Shown piece after piece: positions 56,552 to 64,000 of a DNA stretch of 64,000 nucleotides (the first letter of the stretch is position 1; each line of letters opens with the position of its first letter). A program made the translations under genes and the position numbers. Source of the DNA: an uncultured Acidobacteriota bacterium (lineage in GTDB: Bacteria; Acidobacteriota; UBA6911; RPQK01; JAPXNP01); contig CAVZRV010000010.1 in the NCBI GenBank assembly GCA_963777605.1, forward strand, positions 192,001 through 256,000, in the 5' to 3' direction. The notes below the pieces were generated by a model, which made no database searches, was not told the origin of the DNA, and saw only the letters and a list, made by a program, of their open reading frames with translations.

Positions 56552-59425
56552 ATGACCTCCGACGACCGCTCAGAGTTCCTGCAGCAGCTTTCAAAACAGA
56601 TCAGGGGTGGGGTGCGCACGGATCGCATGTCTCGCCTCCTTTACAGTACGGACGCCAGCCTTTATCAGATCCAGCCTCTGGCGGTGGCCTTCCCCGCCGA
56701 CGAGGAAGACGTGATTGCGGCGGTGAACCTCGCCGCCCGCCATCGTGTCCCGATTCTTGGCCGTGGAGCCGGCACCAGCCTGGCCGGGCAGACCGTGTCT
56801 CCGGGACTCGTCCTTGATTTTTCGCGCCACATGAACCAGGTCCTCGAGGTCAACCCGGAAGAACGCTGGGTCCGGGTTCAGCCCGGGATAGTACTCGACA
56901 ACCTGAACGCCCACCTGGCTCCGCACGGCCTCTTCTTCGCACCGGATGTCGCAACCAGTTCGCGGGCGAATGTCGGAGGCATGATCGGCAACAACTCGTC
57001 CGGAACGCGTTCCGTCCGCTACGGCAAAACTGTCGATCACGTCCTGGCTCTCCGGGCGGTCCTCGCATCCGGAGAGCCGTTCTGGTTTGAACAGTTTGAC
57101 GAAGCTCAGGTTGACCGGAAGTCCTCCGGTGACGGTACCGAAGCCGCGATCTATCGGTCGATCCGGAAGATCGTCGAGAAACACCGGGAGCAGATTGAGA
57201 GTCAATATCCGAAAGTAATGCGTCGAGTGAGCGGATACAACCTCGACGAACTGGTCGATCCCGGGCGATTCAACCTGGCCAAGCTCCTGTGCGGTTCGGA
57301 GGGGACGTTGGGTGTCTTCACGGAGGCGCGACTAAACCTTGAACCGGTCCCGCGATCCCGGATGGTGGCCGTTCTCCACTTTCAAGACATGCTGGAGGCC
57401 ATCCGAACAGTTCCGGCCATTCTCGAATATCGTCCCTCGGCCGTCGAACTGCTGGACCATTACGGAATGGAGCTGGCCCGCTCCAATCCCAATGTTTCGG
57501 CGCTCTGCCGCGAGTTCATTTCCGGCGATCCCCAGGCCATCCTGTTGGTCGAGTTCAGCGACGGGGCGGACGACGTTGTGCGAGGCTGGTTCACCCAGAT
57601 GGCAGCCGATCCTCGTGTCAAGGAGCGGGTGTTCCACATTCACCAGGCCCTTTTGGCTACCCAGCAGCAGCACGTCTGGCAGGTTCGCAAGAACGCCCTC
57701 GGCGTGATGCTGGGCATTCGGGGGGACTACAAACCCCTCGCCTTCATCGAAGATTCATGCGTTCCGGTTGAGCATCTCGCTGAGTACGTGGCCGCGATCC
57801 AGGAGGTCTGCCGACGGCACGAGCGGTCACTGGCACTCTATGCCCACGCCAGCGTGGGCGTCATCCACCTCCGCCCGCTGCTCAATCTTCGCCAGCAGGA
57901 AGATGTCGAGAAACTCAGGGCGATCTCGGGAGAAGCGTTTGACCTGGTCAAGAAGTTCGGCGGTTCCTGGAGCGGTGAGCACGGTGACGGCCTCGTCAGA
58001 AGCTACAAGCTCCAGGAATTTTTCGGCGACGAGCTGTACCAGGCGTTTCGAGAGGTCAAGTCGGTCTTTGACCCGGACGGGATCCTGAACCCGGGCAAGA
58101 TCGTCGACGCTCCCGACCCGACGGAGAACTTCCGCATCCACCCCGGCTATCACACATCGTTCCCGGCAACCTATTACCGGTTCGAACAGGAAGGGGGCTT
58201 CGACAAGGCGGTTGAACTCTGTACCGGAGTGGGGCAATGCCGAAAGACAATTGCGGGCACGATGTGCCCCTCCTTTATCGCCACCCGGGACGAGGAACAC
58301 TCGACGCGGGGCCGGGCGAACGCCCTGCGCGTCGCGATGGCAGGGCAGTTAGGCCCCGACGGATTCCAATCCCCTCGCCTTTTCGAGGTCCTCGACCTCT
58401 GCCTCGAGTGCAAGGCCTGCAAGTCGGAGTGTCCTTCCAACGTCGACATGGCCAAGATGAAGGCGGAATTCCTATCCCACTATTACGAGTCTCACGGATT
58501 TCCGCTCGACAAGAAGCTCGTGGGAGCTACCCGGCGAACCGCCGAACTGGCCAGCAAAATGCCGGGGCTGGCCAACTGGGCAACCGGGAATCCCGTCACC
58601 GGACTGCTTCTGGAACGCTTCGCGGGCTTTGACCGTCGCCGGAAACCGCCCCGGTATGCCGGCAAGACCTTTGGAAAGTGGTTCAGGGAGCGAGCCGCCC
58701 ACGTTTCGCCAGGCCGCCCAACAGTGACGATTTTCGGCGACACATTCACCAATTTTTACGAACCCGAAGTCGGAATCTCGGCCTTCCAGGTCCTGGAGGC
58801 ACTTGGGTACGACGTCCAGGTCGCCGACGTCGGCTGCTGCGGAAGACCCCTGATCTCCTCGGGAATGCTCCGCAGGGCTCGCGACGAGGGTGGAGTCCTG
58901 ATCGAGCGTCTGGCTCGAATTGAGACCCCGATTCTTGTTCTTGAACCGAGTTGCTACTCCACTCTGAAGGATGATTACCCCGATTTAATGGTGGATTGCG
59001 AGCTGACCCGCAACGTCCTCGAACGGGTCTTTTCGCTGGAGGAGTTTCTGGGACTGCCCGACAACGCCGAGCGCCTTTCCTCGCTTTTTACAAAGGCGCC
59101 ATCGCAAGTCCTGTTCCACGGCCACTGTCAACAGAAGGCCCTGATCGGGGGCGGCCCGACGCTCAGGATGCTCGGGAAGCTGCCCGGGACAGCGGTTGAG
59201 GAAGTGCCCGAAGGGTGTTGCGGAATGGCCGGGGTCTTTGGCTACGAGAAGCGTCACTACGAACTCTCCGAAAAGATCGGCTCCCGGCATCTCCTGCCCG
59301 CGATTCGCAATGCCGAACCGGGGACGATGGTCGTGGTCTCAGGCACCAGCTGCCGTTCCCAAGTCCGCCACTTCACCGATGCCGACCCCGTGCATCCAGC
59401 CGTTGCGCTCGCCCGGTCGCTATAA
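56552..59425 (+). CDS. FAD-linked oxidase / 4Fe-4S / CCG fusion (YdiJ-like, GlcD-GlcF-type 2-hydroxyacid dehydrogenase)
   Basis: YSTDAS, RGAGTSLAGQ, GSEGTL, HASVGVIH, GEHGDG, CTGVGQC, CLECKACKSECP, CCG motifs. Confidence 0.92.
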   Translation: MTSDDRSEFLQQLSKQIRGGVRTDRMSRLLYSTDASLYQIQPLAVAFPADEEDVIAAVNLAARHRVPILGRGAGTSLAGQTVSPGLVLDFSRHMNQVLEVNPEERWVRVQPGIVLDNLNAHLAPHGLFFAPDVATSSRANVGGMIGNNSSGTRSVRYGKTVDHVLALRAVLASGEPFWFEQFDEAQVDRKSSGDGTEAAIYRSIRKIVEKHREQIESQYPKVMRRVSGYNLDELVDPGRFNLAKLLCGSEGTLGVFTEARLNLEPVPRSRMVAVLHFQDMLEAIRTVPAILEYRPSAVELLDHYGMELARSNPNVSALCREFISGDPQAILLVEFSDGADDVVRGWFTQMAADPRVKERVFHIHQALLATQQQHVWQVRKNALGVMLGIRGDYKPLAFIEDSCVPVEHLAEYVAAIQEVCRRHERSLALYAHASVGVIHLRPLLNLRQQEDVEKLRAISGEAFDLVKKFGGSWSGEHGDGLVRSYKLQEFFGDELYQAFREVKSVFDPDGILNPGKIVDAPDPTENFRIHPGYHTSFPATYYRFEQEGGFDKAVELCTGVGQCRKTIAGTMCPSFIATRDEEHSTRGRANALRVAMAGQLGPDGFQSPRLFEVLDLCLECKACKSECPSNVDMAKMKAEFLSHYYESHGFPLDKKLVGATRRTAELASKMPGLANWATGNPVTGLLLERFAGFDRRRKPPRYAGKTFGKWFRERAAHVSPGRPTVTIFGDTFTNFYEPEVGISAFQVLEALGYDVQVADVGCCGRPLISSGMLRRARDEGGVLIERLARIETPILVLEPSCYSTLKDDYPDLMVDCELTRNVLERVFSLEEFLGLPDNAERLSSLFTKAPSQVLFHGHCQQKALIGGGPTLRMLGKLPGTAVEEVPEGCCGMAGVFGYEKRHYELSEKIGSRHLLPAIRNAEPGTMVVVSGTSCRSQVRHFTDADPVHPAVALARSL

Positions 59426-59427
59426 GC

Positions 59428-61458
59428 TCAGGAGTCAGACCGATCGGACAGGTCGGAAGGGTCGGCCCCTCCCGCTCGAGCTTCATCCAGCACTCGCCGA
59501 ACGATTTTGGCGATCTCGTGAACCCGAATCGGCTTCATCAGGAATTCCTTGATGCCCGCCTTCAAGGCATCGGCCGGAGTGACCACATCACTGTACCCCG
59601 TACAGAGGATAATCGGCAGAGCGGGCCGTGCCTCGAGACATGCTTTCGCGAGTTCGAGGCCGGTCAGCCCCGGCATTGTCTGATCGGTCACTACCAGGTC
59701 GAAATCGTCGGGACGGGCGAAAAAAGCCTTCAGCGCTTCCCTGCTGTCCGTAAAAGCCGTGACCCGGTAAGCCTGTCTTTCAAAAATCCGCTGGGCAACG
59801 GCGACCAGGCTCTGCTCGTCATCGACCCAGAGAATTCGTTCTCCTCCCTGCGGCATCTCGGATTTCGTCTCGGTTTCTTTCTTCTCTGGCCGCCCTGCCG
59901 CGCGGGGAAGAAAAACCGAGAATTTCGAACCCTCCCCCAATGCACTCTGGACCTTGATCGCTCCCCCATGACCCCGAAGAATTCCATAGGCGACCGCCAG
60001 TCCCAAGCCGGTCCCTTCGCCAGGTGACTTCGTGGTGAAGAAGGGCTCGAAGATTCTGGCCTGTGTCTCAGGGCTCATTCCGTACCCGGTGTCGGAAACG
60101 ACCAGTTCAAAATAACTGCCGGGCGTCAGTTCGGGACAGAATGACAGCTCAGACGGCTCCAGTTCTCTTGTTCCCAACCGAATCCCGAGGACTCCGCCAC
60201 CGGACCGCATCGCGTGAGAAGCATTCGTGCAGAGATTCATGAGGACCTGGTGCACCTCGGTTGCATTGGCAAGGATCGAGTACGAACCCGGCTCGATGTG
60301 GCAGGTCATCTCAATCGTTGAGGGCAGCGTAGCACGGAGCAGGGCGAGCACCTCTTTAACCAGGTTCTGGAGATCCACGAGTTCGCGTTCCGGTGAGCCC
60401 TTCCGGCTGAAAGTCAGGATCTGATGAACGAGCTCTCGAGCACGGCCCGCGCTGGCCAAAACATCACCCAGGTCCTCTCGCGCCAAACTGTTCTCAGGAA
60501 TCTGCATAAGAGCCATTTCAGTGAAACCGAAAATCGCACTCAAAACGTTGTTGAAATCGTGAGCAATTCCTCCCGCCAGAGCACCCAGAGCTTCGAGTTT
60601 CTGAGTCTCCTGGACTTGGGCCTCCAGTTCCTTGCGCTCTCGCTCCGCGCGTTTCGTCTCCGTGATGTCCAGGATAATCCCGAGCAGGCGTTCCGGCTCG
60701 CCTGAACTTTCGCAAGCGGTGATCTTGCCCCGTCCCATCATCCAGCGCCACTCGCCCGACTTCGCCCTCAGCCGGAACTCGATGGATGATCCCTGCCCAA
60801 CGTCCGGGCTGCCCGTGCCGGCCAGACTTCCGCCTCTCAGGTTCTCAAACAGCTTCCGGTCCTCAGGGTGGACCGTCTCAAGGAATTCTTCGGGGGTCCC
60901 GGGAATTTCATTGGTGCTGTAACCAAGCATCCGACCATACTGGGCACTGACTTTCGACGTGCCGTAGCGCAGGTTCACCTCCCACTGCGCTCCATTCGCG
61001 GCATCAAGTGCCATGTTCAACCGTTGCTCGCTCTCCCGAAGCGCCTGTTCCACCCGGCGACGGGCGCTGATGTCGCGGGCAACCGTGTGCATGTAAGTCC
61101 GGCCTTGGACGACGATCCTGCGGTTGTTGAACTCGACATCGACCGTGGTCCCATCACTGCGGAGCAGGGGAGCTTCAGTGAGCTTCTCCTCCCCGCTCAA
61201 AATCCGGCTGTGTTCGGTCTGGTAAGGAGTGAGGTCTCCTTCCCTGTGAAGGTCCGGGATGCCCATTGACAGGAGTTCTTCTCTCGTGTACCCGGTCAAT
61301 TCACAGGCGGCGCGGTTGACAGCAACAAAACGGGAGCTGACGTCGGAAATAAAAATGGCATCCCGGCATCCCTCGAAAAGTGCTTCACGCCAAACGGGAT
61401 CCGTGTAAATCGGTTTACGGCTCTGCGCTTCGGATTGGTTCCACGAGTCGCTGGCCAT
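59428..61458 (-). CDS. Hybrid sensor histidine kinase (2 PAS + HisKA + HATPase + receiver)
   Basis: PAS/PAC motifs, AGGIAHDFNN, QVLMNLCTNA, DTGYGM, FEPFFTTK..GTGLGL, receiver VDDE...TDQTMP...KP. Confidence 0.95.
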   Translation of the reverse strand: MASDSWNQSEAQSRKPIYTDPVWREALFEGCRDAIFISDVSSRFVAVNRAACELTGYTREELLSMGIPDLHREGDLTPYQTEHSRILSGEEKLTEAPLLRSDGTTVDVEFNNRRIVVQGRTYMHTVARDISARRRVEQALRESEQRLNMALDAANGAQWEVNLRYGTSKVSAQYGRMLGYSTNEIPGTPEEFLETVHPEDRKLFENLRGGSLAGTGSPDVGQGSSIEFRLRAKSGEWRWMMGRGKITACESSGEPERLLGIILDITETKRAERERKELEAQVQETQKLEALGALAGGIAHDFNNVLSAIFGFTEMALMQIPENSLAREDLGDVLASAGRARELVHQILTFSRKGSPERELVDLQNLVKEVLALLRATLPSTIEMTCHIEPGSYSILANATEVHQVLMNLCTNASHAMRSGGGVLGIRLGTRELEPSELSFCPELTPGSYFELVVSDTGYGMSPETQARIFEPFFTTKSPGEGTGLGLAVAYGILRGHGGAIKVQSALGEGSKFSVFLPRAAGRPEKKETETKSEMPQGGERILWVDDEQSLVAVAQRIFERQAYRVTAFTDSREALKAFFARPDDFDLVVTDQTMPGLTGLELAKACLEARPALPIILCTGYSDVVTPADALKAGIKEFLMKPIRVHEIAKIVRRVLDEARAGGADPSDLSDRSDS
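59434..59469. repeat. Degenerate 9-nt tandem repeat at the kinase 3' end
   Basis: GTCAGACCG ATCGGACAG GTCGGAAGG GTCGGCCCC, encoding ADPSDLSDRSD on the minus strand. Confidence 0.55.
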
Positions 61459-61682
61459 TGCACTCTCTCTCCAAGATTTGGACTTGAACGGCCGGGCAAG
61501 GGCTTGTGGAAACTCCGGAAACGAGCGTTCCGCACACAAACTCAGTCCAACCCAGTCCCCGTCGACTTATCGTCTCTCTAATTCCCACTCTTTACTACAT
61601 GGCGTCAAGACGAAAAACTGATTTTCGGGCAATTCTCTTAGATTCCTCGCTTTGACCGGATGTTGACATCCAGCGCCTCCAG

Positions 61683-61982
61683 GTGCAGGAACTGCTGCCC
61701 AATCCCCCGGGCTATTCAGCAGTGAGGACTCTGCTGCGAGTCCTCGAGGAGAAGGGCCACCTTGAACACCGCGTTGATGGTCAACGTTATGTCTACTATC
61801 CGGTGGTTAAGCGGCAGCAGGCAAGCCGCTCGGCACTCAAGCATGTGGTTCGTACCTTTTTCGACGGGTCCGTTGAACAAGTGGTTTCGACTCTCCTGGA
61901 CGTCTCCAGGAATGATCTCGACGAAGAGACCTACCGGAAGATTTCAAATTTGATCGAAGAAGCGAGGCGCGAGGGCAAATGA
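61683..61982 (+). pseudogene. BlaI/MecI/CopY-family repressor, 5'-truncated
   Basis: VQELLPNPPGYSAVRTLLRVLEEKGHL...RYVY, VRTFFDGS; lacks the N-terminal E..IM..L helices; in-frame TGA at 61653; no SD. Confidence 0.78.
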
Positions 61983-62647
61983 GCGGACAGATGAGTCTCG
62001 TTCCGGTAAAGGTCTCCGCCCACAGGCAGGCCGCGAATTCGGGATTCCAGAGCGTTCCATCCAAGGTGCCACCCCCTCCGCCTCCGGCCCCACCCGAACC
62101 ACCGCCGCCCCCGGCGCCATCCGAACCGAATCCGGTGCCACCACCACCTCCTCCTCCTCCGGAAGGATCCGGGCACCTGCAATGGAACGACGACGGTGCC
62201 CAGATCTCGATCGACATGGAAGGCGTTGACTTTAAGGCTGACGCTCTTCTTTCCAGGACCCACCGAGCCATCGGCGACGTCCGCAGGGCCCGCGTCGAAC
62301 TCAGGCGGGTCCGTGAGGAGAATCTGCCCAGGTTGCAGGAGGAACTGAAGAACCTCCAGAACATCGATCTCAAAAAACTGCAGCGGGATCTGGAGAAGGA
62401 AAAACTAAACCTCGACCAGCTCCGTGAGAGTATTCTCGTAAACTTGGGACCCAAGATCGGTGAATCGGTTAGCCGGGCGATTGAGGCGGCACGGCTGGCG
62501 GATCTCCACTTGAGCGACCTGCAACTTCAGGAACTCAACAAGGAAATCACAAAGATCCGGGAGACGCTTCCTGTCGAGATCGACCGGCAGGTTCGCGAAG
62601 CGCTCCAGCAGCTCCAGTCGCTGGACCTGAAGGTCACTCCCGAATAA
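61979..62647 (+). CDS. Pro-rich/coiled-coil protein, probable remnant of a BlaR1/M56 partner
   Basis: ATGA overlap with blaI; poly-Pro linker then amphipathic helices; no HExxH, no TM. Confidence 0.6.
   Translation: MSGQMSLVPVKVSAHRQAANSGFQSVPSKVPPPPPPAPPEPPPPPAPSEPNPVPPPPPPPPEGSGHLQWNDDGAQISIDMEGVDFKADALLSRTHRAIGDVRRARVELRRVREENLPRLQEELKNLQNIDLKKLQRDLEKEKLNLDQLRESILVNLGPKIGESVSRAIEAARLADLHLSDLQLQELNKEITKIRETLPVEIDRQVREALQQLQSLDLKVTPE
62066..62161 (+). repeat. Poly-proline low-complexity tract
   Basis: VPPPPPPAPPEPPPPPAPSEPNPVPPPPPPPP (CCN codon runs). Confidence 0.8.
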
Positions 62648-62671
62648 AACGGGCCATTGCGGGGACCCGGG

Positions 62672-63127
62672 CTATTTTTCAACCGGGTCCTCGTGAAACT
62701 CGAATTCCTGCTGGCAGCACCAGCAGGGACCTCCCGCGTAGGCCTTTATGTTGCAGATCGGGCAGTAGTAGTAGATGTTGTAGAGACGGCCGTTCTTGAC
62801 CGAGTAGACCTTGGTGATCTGGATGACGTGCTTGTCGCCTAACCAACCAACCACGCGGAGTCTCCGCTGGCGAACCCGGGAATCCTGAAAAATCTTGCTG
62901 CGCGGATCTTTACTGGTAAAAAAGTAACGCGTTCCATCGTCCGTTTCCAGTGCGAAATCCCGAGCGTGATCCGAGCAGGTCACGGCTTCGAAATCAGGGC
63001 TCACACAGCGGACCTTGCCCTCGACGGTGACTTCCCGGGAGTCCTTCGCAAGGAGGATAGAGAACGGCACGAGGACGAGAATCAGTCCCGCTGCAGTCGC
63101 CAACCTGATTGCCCTAGCTACTCTCAT
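62672..63127 (-). CDS. Exported hypothetical protein with a C-terminal Cys-rich metal-binding motif
   Basis: Signal peptide; YYCPICNIKAYAGGPCWCCQ. Confidence 0.75.
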   Translation of the reverse strand: MRVARAIRLATAAGLILVLVPFSILLAKDSREVTVEGKVRCVSPDFEAVTCSDHARDFALETDDGTRYFFTSKDPRSKIFQDSRVRQRRLRVVGWLGDKHVIQITKVYSVKNGRLYNIYYYCPICNIKAYAGGPCWCCQQEFEFHEDPVEK

Positions 63128-63806
63128 TGAGAAAATTCAAAACCGGACCGATCGGATCCAAACCCTCGACGAGCAGGTCCGGATTGTGCTGCTCCAGCTC
63201 GTCATGGGTGTGGCCGCCGGTGGCGACCGCAATGACCTTCGCTCCGGCCTTCCGGGCGTGGATGATGTCCTGAGGGGTGTCCCCGATGACGAAGACCTGA
63301 CTAGCCGTTCTACCGGTTTGGGCTTCCGCACGTTCGACCGCACGCAGGATCAACTCCGACCGCTCCCGGGAGTCAGACCCAAACCCGCCGAACCCGAAAA
63401 AGCGGTCGAGCCCTGAAGGACGGAGCTTCGCCCACGCCCCGAGTTCGAGATTTCCGGTGGCCAGTCCGACAGCAAATTCTCCGGGGCGAGTCTGCAGTTC
63501 CTCCAGGATTGCCTGAACCCCGGGAAGCACGACGTAGCCGGCGGGATACTTCTCAAGTTCCTTCTCGAGAAGCTCCACGTAACAGCGATACAACTCGGCA
63601 GACGTCTCCGGGTCAATCTGAGGGGCCCGTCCGGCTTTCGCCAGAGCCATCTCCAGGATCAAAAAGTCGGTCTGGCCGTGCAGTCGAATCTCGCGCAAGC
63701 CGTCACGGATGCCGAGGACCGCCTCCAGGGCACCGCTGAAAGCACGTGATCCCACTCCATCCGTGTTGATCAGTGTACCGTCGATATCGAACAGTGTAAC
63801 TTTCAT
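63114..63806 (-). CDS. HAD-family hydrolase
   Basis: LFDIDGTL, ATGN, GGFGSD, VIGDTPQD, VATG. Confidence 0.93.
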   Translation of the reverse strand: MKVTLFDIDGTLINTDGVGSRAFSGALEAVLGIRDGLREIRLHGQTDFLILEMALAKAGRAPQIDPETSAELYRCYVELLEKELEKYPAGYVVLPGVQAILEELQTRPGEFAVGLATGNLELGAWAKLRPSGLDRFFGFGGFGSDSRERSELILRAVERAEAQTGRTASQVFVIGDTPQDIIHARKAGAKVIAVATGGHTHDELEQHNPDLLVEGLDPIGPVLNFLNESS

Positions 63807-63815
63807 TATCTCGGG

Positions 63816-64000
63816 TCAGAACCAGACGGAAGCGATATTGGAATCCTCGCTCCTGCCGGCCTGGTTAAACGCCCTTACCTTGTAGGAAAAGCCCCCCGTT
63901 ACATACTTCCCTACCTTGTCCTGGTGTCCGGTCGTGTTGGCTCCCACCATTCCGACCACCCGAAATTCACCGTTGTTGTCTGAGCGGAGCACTTCGAAAC
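63816..64000 (-). CDS. 3' end of a fibronectin type III domain protein (partial)
   Basis: Manual translation FEVLRSDNNGEFRVVGMVGANTTGHQD...FSYKVRAFNQAGRSEDSNIASVWF*. Confidence 0.8.
   Translation of the reverse strand, partial: FEVLRSDNNGEFRVVGMVGANTTGHQDKVGKYVTGGFSYKVRAFNQAGRSEDSNIASVWF

Noticed and set aside
61599-61682. In-frame ATG upstream of blaI with one TGA (61653), suggesting readthrough or selenocysteine
   Set aside because: The upstream peptide MASRRKTDFRAILLDSSL does not resemble BlaI helices 1-2, the position is not a Cys site, and no SECIS-like hairpin is evident
1459-63739. Many long antisense or alternate-frame ORFs (e.g. 1459-2541, 8606-9766, 34443-35396, 39528-40571, 49019-50095)
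   Set aside because: They shadow well-supported genes, have no recognisable motifs, and are expected from high-GC codon bias

Overview
About 60% GC bacterial chromosome segment, very probably an Acidobacteriota lineage (three acidobacterial-type VWA proteins; rsmA-rnj-ftsK, pilT-recX-alaS, S2P-trpS-scpA-scpB-rluB-ribE and ccsA-hemA-hemC-hemD synteny). It is mostly housekeeping: purA (partial), trxA, rsmA, rnj, ftsK, ilvE, pilT, recX, alaS, SLT, amidase, ggt, larE, rib genes, scpAB, trpS, hem genes, trxB, mscS, ileS, hinT, moaB, ferritin, rpmG/rpmB. The right third is more accessory: an ECF sigma / ZAS-FecR-large periplasmic domain anti-sigma / 2x(ABC ATPase + permease) operon, a YdiJ-like oxidoreductase, a PAS hybrid kinase and a deleted BlaI/BlaR1-like remnant. 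I saw no rRNA, tRNA, CRISPR array, transposase, integrase or prophage. The observations most worth checking are: (1) the ZAS+FecR anti-sigma/ABC operon with no TonB receptor; (2) a Tat-exported NAD(P)-binding enzyme overlapping a frameshifted NTT-family nucleotide-transporter-like gene; (3) a dense array of short-loop palindromes plus heptamer repeats upstream of ferritin; (4) repeated loss of Zn ligands (IleRS, L28, L33, RibA domain, HIT, Trm112); (5) at least six leaderless genes; (6) the doubly truncated BlaI/BlaR1 pair. All family assignments come from motif recognition by eye; no database search was run.
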